Shown here one piece after another: positions 8,614 to 17,861 of a stretch of 64,000 nucleotides of DNA (the first letter of the stretch is position 1; each line of letters starts with the position of its first letter). Where the stretch lies: assembly GCA_964629615.1 (NCBI GenBank), contig CAZVUD010000001.1, positions 89,795 to 153,794 of the forward strand, read 5' to 3'. This DNA comes from an uncultured Clostridium sp. (GTDB lineage: Bacteria; Bacillota; Clostridia; Oscillospirales; CAG-272). A program made the translations under genes and the position numbers. Under the pieces are notes generated by a model. It did not search any database and had not been told where the DNA came from. It saw nothing but the letters and a program-made list of their open reading frames with translations.

Positions 8614-9231
8614 CTATACCGCCCAAAAAGTTATTTGTAAGCTGTCACTCATCGACAGAGACACATATCCTTCTTTTTCGGATATATAGACATAATACGA
8701 CTTTTCTTCTTTATCAAGCGCCTTTATCGCGGGATATGCCGCGGCTGCGAGCATTATAAGCACTGCTATTATCGCCAAGACAAAAAGCATAGGAGATCTT
8801 ACGGTTTTCTTAGACACATACTTATTTTTGCTTTGCTCATCGTCAGATCCTGAATATATCCACTCAGTCTGCCTCTCATAAGATACCGTTACTCTGCCGT
8901 TTTCACAGCGATATATGCAACCGTTGGCATACGCGCAAACAACGCTTACATTTACATCCGCGCACCTGTTGGATATCACGATACCTGTGTCAGGAGAAAA
9001 TCCACCGCCGACACTTATATGTATATCCCGAAGCTCTATCTCACTTTTGCTTATCACCTTTCTCGATCGGTCAAGCTCGCACACTGATATGGTTACACCG
9101 CACACAGGATAAGGCAGTCGGTTTTCAAGCTTCAGCGCCACGCACTTCTCTCCTTGGAGCTTTGTGACAGCATACTGCTTTACATATACAAATTCTTTAT
9201 CTTTCTTTGAAATACTGTATCTGTCACTCAT
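8614..9231 (-). CDS. Hypothetical protein, soluble beta-rich N-domain with one C-proximal TM
   Basis: 205-aa ORF. Its start overlaps the upstream stop by 8 nt (ATGAGTGA, translational coupling). It has one TM (MLFVLAIIAVLIMLAAAAYPAI). I recognise no family. Confidence 0.4.
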   Translation of the reverse strand: MSDRYSISKKDKEFVYVKQYAVTKLQGEKCVALKLENRLPYPVCGVTISVCELDRSRKVISKSEIELRDIHISVGGGFSPDTGIVISNRCADVNVSVVCAYANGCIYRCENGRVTVSYERQTEWIYSGSDDEQSKNKYVSKKTVRSPMLFVLAIIAVLIMLAAAAYPAIKALDKEEKSYYVYISEKEGYVSLSMSDSLQITFWAV

Positions 9232-9946
9232 CTCTGTTGACCACCCGTTTTATCTTTCTTATGTATACACATCCCATAAGGAGTGCTATGATAGCTCCCG
9301 CAAGCACCGATACCGCAAGCATTGTCTTTCCGCTTATCGCTTTAATTGAGAAGAGCAGCAGGAAGGTCTCTGCACAGCTGCCTATAATATATCCCTCAAA
9401 GGCGGTAACGACAAGTGTAAGTATCATAGATATTAAAAGCCGCTTTTTGTCATATGTGACACGTATATCGCTTGATGAAAACATTCCGTCCACACGTCTC
9501 AGCACAAAGCTGATATATGATGTATCGGGCGGCAAGGACGCCATCTCGGTATATCCGACGCTTCTGATATGCTCGCATACGCCTATAACATCCAAAAGCT
9601 TGCCTTTGCTGTCATACACTATAATATCGTAGCTTATACTGCGAATGTGGGGATCTATCTTGCATTTTATATATTTTCTGCCGTCCTTTTCCATTAGCAC
9701 ATAGCTATCCACATACCTTCTGTAGCGAAGCTCGGGAAAATATCTTATCGCCCTGCCGCCGTCAAAGCGGAGCTTTCTGATACCGCGGTCGTAGGTATCA
9801 CATCCGAAAAATGTGAGCGACGGCACAAAGCGCCATATCACAGCACCGACAGTATAGACATATAAAAATATGCTCACCGACAATATAAGAAATGTGACGG
9901 CATTTGAAATTATAAGCTCCAAAAGTTCTCTATTCATGCTTATCAC
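9224..9946 (-). CDS. Hypothetical polytopic membrane protein
   Basis: 240-aa ORF with an N-terminal TM (AVTFLILSVSIFLYVYTVGAVIW), a central ~110-aa soluble region and C-terminal TMs. The start is uncertain: GTG at 9946 or ATG at 9937. Confidence 0.4.
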   Translation of the reverse strand: MISMNRELLELIISNAVTFLILSVSIFLYVYTVGAVIWRFVPSLTFFGCDTYDRGIRKLRFDGGRAIRYFPELRYRRYVDSYVLMEKDGRKYIKCKIDPHIRSISYDIIVYDSKGKLLDVIGVCEHIRSVGYTEMASLPPDTSYISFVLRRVDGMFSSSDIRVTYDKKRLLISMILTLVVTAFEGYIIGSCAETFLLLFSIKAISGKTMLAVSVLAGAIIALLMGCVYIRKIKRVVNRDE

Positions 9947-9978
9947 AAAACCGCTTAGGTATTCTCCTTCCCCTCAAG

Positions 9979-11475
9979 TTATGTCGCATTATTCAGATTG
10001 TAGCTGTCAAAGAACTCCATGAGCCTTTCGGACGTTATATTGCCCTCTTCCTTTGAAAGCTCCTCAAGCATGCGCTCTGCCGTTACTCTCGCAACATCAT
10101 CGGAAACGTCTACTCCGTAATCCTTCATATACTTCAATGCATTCTCTGTCATGACATCCAGCTTTTTCTCATCGCTCATGCCCTTCAGGTCATTGAGAGA
10201 ATCCGCAAGGTCGTCCATAAGCATCTGATATTCCGTGATATTTTTCTTAAGATCATCTATGACAGATGCCACTGCATTGAGTGTCATATTGCGCACTGTC
10301 TTTTCTATATGTCTCATTCTCGGGTTGTCGTCAAGTATATCGCATATCTTATCTATAAGCTCATTTTCGGATATGATCGCCATTATCTCCTCATAATTTC
10401 CGCTCTGCAAAATACCGCTCTCTGCCGCAAGAACATATATGCGCAAAAGAGTATCCGCATCTCTTACCACAGTCTTTGGCGTTGTGCTCGTGCAGGTATA
10501 AAGTATCTCAGACAGTAATGGCTCTATGACCTCATTTACACTTGGAAGGATGATGTCCATATACGGCTCACCAACAAGCCACTTCCCCGATGCTCCCGAC
10601 AACAAGTCAGCCGAGAGCGACTTTGCTGTCTCGCTCTTTTTTATCTTTTTGGGCAGAGCAAGCAAGTCATCCATTTGATACGGCTCTGCTTCACCTATAT
10701 TTTTTATGACATTTACGCCGGCTATGAGATCGGGAAGCGAATCGCGTGCGGCTCTTATCTCGCGCACGAGGGAAAATCTGTTGTCGTTTAGCGTAGATGA
10801 TGATACCATTCTGTAGGTTACATTGCCGCCCAAGCAATGAAGCATATCGGAGATGCCATCGCTTGAATATTTCTCTATCAAAAAGTCGATATCATCGCCT
10901 ATTTTAACGCTTCCGCTGATCACGGGGTTTTCCTTGACGGTACAGGACAGCTCGTGCGCACAGTTGAGCGTTCCCGTGATCGGTGACATTATAACGGATG
11001 AGAGTATGACACCAAATACAGCGCCTACGATAGCGCCAAGCACCTTTGAGTCGCGCATATACCACGCTGCAAGCTCACCTTCATGCTCGGATGCTCCGCC
11101 GAATTTTGACATCTTCTTTTTCAGTACGGCAGACAGAATTATGCTAAGGGTGGCATACACAAACGGCAAAACAAAAAGGAAGAGCACGGGCGTTATCGCC
11201 GCATCTATAAATGCCCACATGACATCCCCTATATTCGCAAGCTGCTTTTCAATTTCTACCATAAAGTCGGTATCTTCAAGAAGCTCATAGATAAGATCGG
11301 TTATGGCATTGGATGCCAAAAAGGATATAAGTGCCGTTATCAAAATGGCACATATAAGCTTTGCCGACCGTATCAACGAATCGTATATTCCGCGACTGTA
11401 TCCCCGACATGCCCCCACAAGGACACACATCAGGGTAAGGATCAGAACAAATGCGGAGATGAGGGTAATGGTCAT
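9979..11475 (-). CDS. CvpA-like membrane protein with large C-terminal helical domain (first gene of operon)
   Basis: 498-aa ORF with RBS AAGGAGGAG. The N-terminal ~150 aa (ISAFVLILTLMCVLVGACRGYSRGIYDSLIRSAKLICAILITALISFLA...) resemble the CvpA/colicin-V-production membrane family. The remainder is unassigned. Confidence 0.45.
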   Translation of the reverse strand: MTITLISAFVLILTLMCVLVGACRGYSRGIYDSLIRSAKLICAILITALISFLASNAITDLIYELLEDTDFMVEIEKQLANIGDVMWAFIDAAITPVLFLFVLPFVYATLSIILSAVLKKKMSKFGGASEHEGELAAWYMRDSKVLGAIVGAVFGVILSSVIMSPITGTLNCAHELSCTVKENPVISGSVKIGDDIDFLIEKYSSDGISDMLHCLGGNVTYRMVSSSTLNDNRFSLVREIRAARDSLPDLIAGVNVIKNIGEAEPYQMDDLLALPKKIKKSETAKSLSADLLSGASGKWLVGEPYMDIILPSVNEVIEPLLSEILYTCTSTTPKTVVRDADTLLRIYVLAAESGILQSGNYEEIMAIISENELIDKICDILDDNPRMRHIEKTVRNMTLNAVASVIDDLKKNITEYQMLMDDLADSLNDLKGMSDEKKLDVMTENALKYMKDYGVDVSDDVARVTAERMLEELSKEEGNITSERLMEFFDSYNLNNAT

Positions 11476-11548
11476 TTATATACTCCTCCTTACGATGTAT
11501 TCAACATAAAGTAAATATATTTTAAAATGATAAGTTATTATCAACTCG

Positions 11549-11577
11549 ATTATATCACATATTATTAATAAAGTAAA
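11549..11577 (-). promoter_or_regulatory. Candidate sigma-A promoter for the 11475->1 operon
   Basis: The minus strand reads TTTACT-17 nt-TGaTATAAT (extended -10), about 70 nt upstream of the 9979..11475 start codon. Confidence 0.45.
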
Positions 11578-11676
11578 GTTATATTGTATATTTGTTACAA
11601 AAGCTATACCAAAAATTTACATACTGACAACATTTTCCTTACTTAATATACATTTGATATATCCTGCCGTATGCAC

Positions 11677-11705
11677 TTGACAAAGTCGCTCTTTTGTAGT
11701 ATGAT
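11677..11705 (+). promoter_or_regulatory. Candidate sigma-A promoter for the YidC-TagF fusion gene
   Basis: TTGACA-17 nt-TATGAT, leaving a ~115-nt leader before the ATG at 11826. Confidence 0.5.
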
Positions 11706-11825
11706 ATAAACGGCGTTTTTTGCGCGATGAAAAATCAAATGACCTTTTAAGCAGAATATCACCGACAGCTATTTTGTCGGAGATATCTATGACTGAAATT
11801 TAAATAAAAGGATAGGATACAAAAC

Positions 11826-13925
11826 ATGGATAGCATAATGTATTATATATGTATTCCGTTTGGAATACTTATGAAATGGTGCTGGCAGATAGTAGGCAAT
11901 TACGGTGTTGCCATAATACTCTTCACCCTTGCCACAAAGCTCGTGCTTCTCCCCTTCTCTGTATGGATACACAAAAACTCCATAAACATGATAAAGATAC
12001 AGCCTGCCGTTAATTTTCTGAAGGCTGATCACTACGGAGATATGGACACCTTCGCAGACGAGCAGTCAAAGCTCTTCAAAAAAGAAAAATATCACCCGAT
12101 GCTCTCCCTCATCCCCCTGCTCTTGCAGATACTTCTGCTTTTGGCAGTGGTGGAGATCATATACCACCCTCTGCAATATCTGTTTTCCATCGACACCGAA
12201 AGCATACGCGCTGTGGGTGCGCACATAGGCTCTGATCTTGCAAGCTCGTCATATCAGCTTGAGATAATTGAGGCGGTGAAAGCAGGTCTGATCACTAAGG
12301 ATACAGTTATTGGCGGCGTGTCACAGCAGGCTCTCACAGCGATAGTTGACAATTCCATTGCATTCAATGGCGACCTCTTTGGGCTCAATCTCTCGACAGT
12401 TCCCTCAAGCGTATGGGGAATATATATACTCATGCCCGTAATAGCAGGTCTTTCATCCCTTATAATGTGCATAACTCAGAACCTCTCGAACGTTATACAG
12501 CATGAGCAAGGTGCATTCAGCAAATACGGACTCACGGTAATATCCGTCGGAATATCCCTCTATCTCGGAATAGGTGTTCCCGCAGGTATTGCCATATATT
12601 GGACGGCAAGCAACATCTTCTCCATCATACAGATGTATATCCTCAATTTTGTGATAAACCCCAAAAAATATGTCGACTACGAGCAGCTTGAATTAAGCCG
12701 CAAGGCGCTTGCCGACATAGAAAAGCTTGAGGAGGGCAAAAAGAACGATCCCGATTACAAAAAGAACAAGGCGCGCGAAAAGAAGGACTACAAAAAATTC
12801 TTCTCCATAGTAAACAAGCACCTTGTGATATACTCCGAAAAGAGCGGATTTTATAAGTATTTTGAAGCTCTTATAGGTGAGCTTCTTAAGCGCTCCAACA
12901 TAACGGTCCATTACATCACCAACGACCCAAACGATATCATATTTGAAATAGCAAAGACCGAGCCTCGCATCAAGCCATACTACATCGGACTCAAAAAGAT
13001 GATACCGCTCATGATGAAGCTGGAAGCTGACATAGTTGTCATGACAACTCCAGATCTTGACAAGTTCTATATCAAGCGCTCCATAATGAAAAAGGATATA
13101 GAATACATCTATGTTCCCCACGATATGATGAGCATACACATGGGATTCCGTGAGGGCGCGCTTGACGCATTCGACACCATATTCTGCGCAGGTCCTCACG
13201 TTGAAGCTGAGGTAAGAACTACCGAAAAGGTATATTCTCTGCCCGAGAAGACCTGCTTCCATTTCGGCTATCCCTTTGCCGACAAGCTGATCGAGGCAGG
13301 AGAAAAGGAACGCCGTGAGCATGTAGAGCGGAGTGTTAAGGAAGTATTGATAGCTCCCTCGTGGCAGGAGGACAATCTTCTTGATTCCTGCATAGACACG
13401 CTCATAGCGCAATTGTATTGCGACAAGTATCACATAACCGTGCGTCCCCACCCCGAATATGTCAAGAGATATCCGAACCGCATGAATGCTATATGCGAAA
13501 AATATTCAAGCATGGTGGGAGAGAAGCTCACATTTGAGCTTGACTTCTCGGCAAACCGCTCTGTCTATTCATCCGATATACTTATCACGGACTGGTCGGG
13601 CATTGCGCTGGAATTTACCTTTGCGACAAAGCGTCCTGCACTCTATATAAACACAAAAATGAAGTGCATGAACGAAAATTGGGAGAAGATAGGCATCACC
13701 CCATGTGAGATATCGCTTCGCGATACCGTGGGAATATCTCTTGATATGGACAAGCTTTCAGAATGCAGAGAAGCACTTGAAAAGCTGCTGTCAAACGGTG
13801 AAGAATACGAAAAGATAATCACGGACACGCTTGCTTCTCACCTTTATAACATAGGCTGTGCCGCAGAGCACGGTTCTGAGTACATTCTCAATTCCCTTGT
13901 TGCCAAAAGGAAAGCAAACAAATAA
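11826..13925 (+). CDS. Fusion: YidC/Oxa1-family membrane insertase (N) + CDP-glycerol glycerophosphotransferase (TagB/TagF family) domain (C)
   Basis: 699-aa ORF. The N-terminal ~280 aa carry YidC hallmarks (GVAIILFTLATKLVLLPFSVWIHKNSINMIKIQP...IAIYWTASNIFSIIQ). The C-terminal ~400 aa carry TagF-family blocks (FHFGYPFADKL, VLIAPSWQEDN, VRPHPEY, SDILITDWSGIALEFTFATKRPALYIN). Confidence 0.7.
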   Translation: MDSIMYYICIPFGILMKWCWQIVGNYGVAIILFTLATKLVLLPFSVWIHKNSINMIKIQPAVNFLKADHYGDMDTFADEQSKLFKKEKYHPMLSLIPLLLQILLLLAVVEIIYHPLQYLFSIDTESIRAVGAHIGSDLASSSYQLEIIEAVKAGLITKDTVIGGVSQQALTAIVDNSIAFNGDLFGLNLSTVPSSVWGIYILMPVIAGLSSLIMCITQNLSNVIQHEQGAFSKYGLTVISVGISLYLGIGVPAGIAIYWTASNIFSIIQMYILNFVINPKKYVDYEQLELSRKALADIEKLEEGKKNDPDYKKNKAREKKDYKKFFSIVNKHLVIYSEKSGFYKYFEALIGELLKRSNITVHYITNDPNDIIFEIAKTEPRIKPYYIGLKKMIPLMMKLEADIVVMTTPDLDKFYIKRSIMKKDIEYIYVPHDMMSIHMGFREGALDAFDTIFCAGPHVEAEVRTTEKVYSLPEKTCFHFGYPFADKLIEAGEKERREHVERSVKEVLIAPSWQEDNLLDSCIDTLIAQLYCDKYHITVRPHPEYVKRYPNRMNAICEKYSSMVGEKLTFELDFSANRSVYSSDILITDWSGIALEFTFATKRPALYINTKMKCMNENWEKIGITPCEISLRDTVGISLDMDKLSECREALEKLLSNGEEYEKIITDTLASHLYNIGCAAEHGSEYILNSLVAKRKANK

Positions 13926-13940
13926 CAGAGATTTTATTAA

Positions 13941-13983
13941 CAGACTGTTTCCGAAATTTGAAAACAGTCTGTCTTTTCTTTTC
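13941..13983 (+). terminator. Rho-independent terminator
   Basis: Stem cagactgttt/aaacagtctg with an 11-nt loop, followed by tcttttcttttc. Confidence 0.6.
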
Positions 13984-14009
13984 AATATTGTAAACAATAA
14001 GCTATCGGC

Positions 14010-14038
14010 TTGACAATGCGGTACAAATATGATACAAT
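14010..14038 (+). promoter_or_regulatory. Candidate sigma-A promoter
   Basis: TTGACA-17 nt-TACAAT. It implies that the downstream small ORF starts at an internal Met. Confidence 0.5.
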
Positions 14039-14082
14039 ATTATATAACCTATTTTATTATAATGAGAGAAAGGTACATTGAC

Positions 14083-14310
14083 ATGAACTTTTTAGGACAG
14101 ATAGTTCCGATAAAGTGCTACCTCGATCCGTCTGCGGCAAGCATACTTGTAACATCCATAACAGGTATTGCCATCGCTGTCGGCGCTACGGTAGTTATTC
14201 TGGTAAGAAAAGCTAAGAAAAAAGTGGCAAAAGCCCTCCACATCGATGAAAACGCAAACAAAGAAGTGGAAGATGACATAGTTATAAACGACACTGACAG
14301 TAACAGCTGA
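14083..14310 (+). CDS. Small single-pass membrane protein (75 aa)
   Basis: I trimmed the ORF 14029..14310 to the Met downstream of the predicted transcription start (MNFLGQIV...). It has one TM (ILVTSITGIAIAVGATVVILV), then KKAKKK and an acidic tail. Confidence 0.35.
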   Translation: MNFLGQIVPIKCYLDPSAASILVTSITGIAIAVGATVVILVRKAKKKVAKALHIDENANKEVEDDIVINDTDSNS

Positions 14311-14453
14311 CTATAATACGTTCAAAAAACACAAAATACACTCTCTTTTCGAACAGAGAGTATATTTTGCGTGTTTTTTGCGCCTATTTGATATCTCAGC
14401 GTTCAGAATTACAACAAAAAAATCTTTTTTTGAACATGAAAGGAAAAGAAAAA

Positions 14454-15455
14454 ATGAAAAAAACATTCAGACAGGCGATATGCCTTATGCTCGGTGTAAT
14501 ACTTTCGCTCGGAAGCTTATGCTTGCTTTCATCATGCGGTAAAAATGATGAAAAGATAATCATTTATACAAGCTCCGAGGATTACATCGTTGAATTCATG
14601 CAAAAAAAGCTGGATGAAAAATTTCCCGAGCTTGACATCGTAATTGAATACAAGCCCACGGGAGATCACGCCGCCATACTCAAGAGCGCAGGCAAGAACG
14701 CAGGCTGTCACATCTCACATGATATCGAATACACATATGCCGAGCAGATCTCGGCAAACGGCACATTTGCCGATCTTAAGGACATAGTTGATTTTGGCGC
14801 ATATTCCGACGATGTCGTAAGGAGCACTTATTTTGCCCCTGAGATACGCAACGGCGGTGCAGTTATACTCAACATGGAGGTCATAAGAGAAAAAGGTCTT
14901 GATGTTCCCACATCCTATGAGGATCTTCTTGATCCCCAATACAAGGGACTTATATCCATGCCAAACCCCAAGGCTTCGGGCACAGGCTACATGTTCCTTC
15001 TCTCCCTTATAAACGCGTGGGGCGAGGAAAAGGCATTTGAATATTTTGACAAGCTCTCCGAAAACATCCTCTCCTTTACATCATCAGGCTCAGGTCCTGT
15101 AAACGCGCTCGTCGGCAAGGAGGTCGCAGTTGGTCTCGGAATGACCTATACCGCAGCAAAGAAGATAGCTGACGGCGAGGATCTTAAGATAGTATACTTC
15201 AATGAGGGTTCTCCCTTCTCGCTTTACGGCATGTCCATCATTTCAGGATATGAAACAAATGAAGCCGTGCTTGAGGTATTCAAATATCTCGTCGGCGATC
15301 TTAACAAAGAAAAGAACGAGCTCTTCGGCCCTGAAAAGCTGTATAAGGATCTCGATTTCAAGGTGGAAAATTACCCTGAAAACATAGTATACGCAAATAT
15401 GGAAAATGACACACCCGAGAGAAAAGAACAGATACTCTCAAAATGGAATCACTGA
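14454..15455 (+). CDS. ABC transporter substrate-binding lipoprotein (iron/thiamine/aminoethylphosphonate-type SBP)
   Basis: Lipoprotein signal MKKTFRQAICLMLGVILSLGSLCLLSSCG. It is the first gene of an SBP-ATPase-permease trio. I trimmed the start from 14367 because a terminator hairpin overlaps the longer ORF. Confidence 0.7.
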   Translation: MKKTFRQAICLMLGVILSLGSLCLLSSCGKNDEKIIIYTSSEDYIVEFMQKKLDEKFPELDIVIEYKPTGDHAAILKSAGKNAGCHISHDIEYTYAEQISANGTFADLKDIVDFGAYSDDVVRSTYFAPEIRNGGAVILNMEVIREKGLDVPTSYEDLLDPQYKGLISMPNPKASGTGYMFLLSLINAWGEEKAFEYFDKLSENILSFTSSGSGPVNALVGKEVAVGLGMTYTAAKKIADGEDLKIVYFNEGSPFSLYGMSIISGYETNEAVLEVFKYLVGDLNKEKNELFGPEKLYKDLDFKVENYPENIVYANMENDTPERKEQILSKWNH

Positions 15456-15457
15456 TA

Positions 15458-16264
15458 ATGGAAAATATTAAGCTTAGGATAAAGGATCTTACAAAGACCT
15501 ATGGTAAAAGATCCGGTACACTCGCTCTCGATCATGTATCATTTGATGTATATGAAGGAGAGTTCCTCTCAATACTCGGTCCGTCAGGATGCGGCAAGAC
15601 AACGCTCTTGCGCATACTTATAGGGCTTTGCGAGGCAAGCGAGGGCTCTGTTGTGCTCGACGGCACCGACATAACAAATTTTCATCCCTCAAAGCGCTCT
15701 ATGGGCATAGTTTTTCAAAACTATGCGCTGTTTGAGAACATGACCGTAAAGGAAAACATAACCTATGCCGCCAACATCAAGGCAAAAAAGGACAAAAGCG
15801 CCACATCGGCTGAAATATCCGAAAGAGCCGATACGATGATGCAGATGCTGGGCATTCTTGAGCATGCAAACAAATATCCCTCTGCCCTCTCGGGCGGTCA
15901 AATGCAGAGAGTTGCCATTGCGCGCACTCTGATACACAATCCAAAGATCATGCTGTTTGACGAGCCTATGAGCGCGCTTGATGTGGCAACGCGCCTCCAA
16001 CTCAGAGATCTCATAAAGCAGATACAGCGCGATTTTAAAACCACCATGATATATATAACTCACGACCAAGAGGAAGCCTTTGCAATATCAGACCGCATAA
16101 TCGTGATGGACAATGCAAGAATAGCTCAGATAGACACTCCGAAAAACATAATAAAGCATCCTTCATGCGATTATGTAAAGAGCTTTGTCGTAGACAATCT
16201 GAAAAAGAAGATATCCTCTCTTGAGCAGTTCATATCATGCGAAGAGGACTCTGATAATGAATAA
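15458..16264 (+). CDS. ABC transporter ATP-binding protein
   Basis: Walker A GPSGCGKTT, ABC signature LSGGQMQRVAIAR and Walker B MLFDEP. Confidence 0.85.
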   Translation: MENIKLRIKDLTKTYGKRSGTLALDHVSFDVYEGEFLSILGPSGCGKTTLLRILIGLCEASEGSVVLDGTDITNFHPSKRSMGIVFQNYALFENMTVKENITYAANIKAKKDKSATSAEISERADTMMQMLGILEHANKYPSALSGGQMQRVAIARTLIHNPKIMLFDEPMSALDVATRLQLRDLIKQIQRDFKTTMIYITHDQEEAFAISDRIIVMDNARIAQIDTPKNIIKHPSCDYVKSFVVDNLKKKISSLEQFISCEEDSDNE

Positions 16265-17858
16265 GATCAAGCACAAGGCTTCCTTCAGCCTTCCCGTCAA
16301 AATAGCCATTGCCCTTATACTTTTATTGTTGGTAGCATATCCGATAATCAGGATGTTCTCTCTTATGACGCCAAAGGATATAAAAGATGTATTCTCATCT
16401 CCTCAGTTTCCCGAGGCGCTTAAGAACTCTGTTGTTTTATCGCTTATATCAACAGTCATAGTGATCATACTTTCATACATCCTCTCATATTTCATGGTGA
16501 GAGCCAATGTAAAGTGCAAAAAGCTTTTGCACATGCTCATAATTCTCCCCATGCTCATACCCTCCATATCTCACGGTATGGGACTTATAATTCTTTTCGG
16601 CGGAAACGGGATCATAAAAAATCTGCTCGGACTGTCGGGCACGATATACGGATCTGTCGGAATTGTTGCAGGCTCTGTTCTGTACGCATTTCCCGTAGCA
16701 TATATAATGCTTTCCGACGTATTGAAATACGAGGATATGGGTGTATATGAGGCGGCTGATGTGCTTGGAATAAGCAGACCGCGCCAATTTCTGCGCATAT
16801 CCCTTCCGTATATGAAAAAGCCGCTCATTGCCGCCGCATTCTCGACATTCTCCATGATAGTTACCGATTACGGCGTGCCACTCATGGTAGGCGGCAAGAC
16901 AAAGACTCTCTCACTTATAATGTACGAGGACGTAATAGGTCAGCTCAACTTTGCAAAGGGCGGAGTGTACGGAGCAGTCCTCCTTATCCCTGCCATCATT
17001 GCATTCGTGACCGATATCATAAACAAGGATCGCAAGAGCACCTCCTTCATCCGAAAGGACATATCAAAAAAGCGCCCATTGGCGGACACTGTGGCTACGG
17101 TCTTCTGTGTTGCTGTATCCATTCTTGCAGTACTGCCCATAATCTCCTTTGCAGTGCTGGCTTTTGCAAGCTCATATCCCCGCGACATGAGCTTTACCTT
17201 AAGCAACGTATTTAATACATTCAGGCGCGGCGGAGATGACTACCTTATAAATTCGCTCGTAATGTCACTTATAACCGCACTTGTGGGCTCTTGCCTTGCG
17301 TACATAACGGCATATCTCACACAGCGCATGCGCTCCTCCCTGTCAAATGTTATACACCTTACCGTGCTTACATTCATGGCTATCCCCGGAATAGTGCTCG
17401 GTCTTTCATACGCAATGACCTTTTCGGGCAGTGCGATATACGGAACCATGTTTATCCTCATAATGGTCAACACGGCGCATTTTATCTCTTCTCCGTATCT
17501 TATGATGTACAATTCCTTTGGCAAGATGAATGAAAATTTAGAGGCTGTCGGAGATACCCTCGGTGTCAGCCGCATACGCATGATAAAGGATGTGTTCATC
17601 CCACAGAATATCGGAACGCTTTGCGAAATGTTCTCATACCTGTTTGTCAACTGCATGATGACCATATCGGCAGTATCCTTCCTGTCAAACATTGACACAA
17701 AGCCGATATCTCTTATGATAAATCAATTTGAAGCACAAACGCAATACGAATGCGCGGCTGTGGTATCACTGCTCATTCTTGTATGCAATATACTCATGAA
17801 GCTTATAGTGGGCGGCATCAAGCACGCGGCAGACAAAAAAAGCAGAAAGGCAATATAA
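16257..17858 (+). CDS. ABC transporter permease, duplicated (two-module) type
   Basis: ~533 aa with roughly 12 hydrophobic segments. It has the fused two-domain layout seen in FbpB/ThiP/PhnU-type permeases. Its start overlaps the ATPase stop. Confidence 0.8.
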   Translation: MNKIKHKASFSLPVKIAIALILLLLVAYPIIRMFSLMTPKDIKDVFSSPQFPEALKNSVVLSLISTVIVIILSYILSYFMVRANVKCKKLLHMLIILPMLIPSISHGMGLIILFGGNGIIKNLLGLSGTIYGSVGIVAGSVLYAFPVAYIMLSDVLKYEDMGVYEAADVLGISRPRQFLRISLPYMKKPLIAAAFSTFSMIVTDYGVPLMVGGKTKTLSLIMYEDVIGQLNFAKGGVYGAVLLIPAIIAFVTDIINKDRKSTSFIRKDISKKRPLADTVATVFCVAVSILAVLPIISFAVLAFASSYPRDMSFTLSNVFNTFRRGGDDYLINSLVMSLITALVGSCLAYITAYLTQRMRSSLSNVIHLTVLTFMAIPGIVLGLSYAMTFSGSAIYGTMFILIMVNTAHFISSPYLMMYNSFGKMNENLEAVGDTLGVSRIRMIKDVFIPQNIGTLCEMFSYLFVNCMMTISAVSFLSNIDTKPISLMINQFEAQTQYECAAVVSLLILVCNILMKLIVGGIKHAADKKSRKAI

Positions 17859-17861
17859 AAA

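Noticed and set aside
12693-13451. A 252-aa minus-strand ORF.
   Set aside because: It is antisense to the TagF-like half of the YidC-TagF gene, with no motifs or RBS.
14029-14082. The longer N-terminal extension of the small membrane protein ORF, and the analogous 14367 start of the SBP gene.
   Set aside because: The extension begins upstream of the predicted transcription start (promoter 14010-14038). The 14367 start overlaps a terminator hairpin. Internal Met codons with RBS-like sequences fit better.
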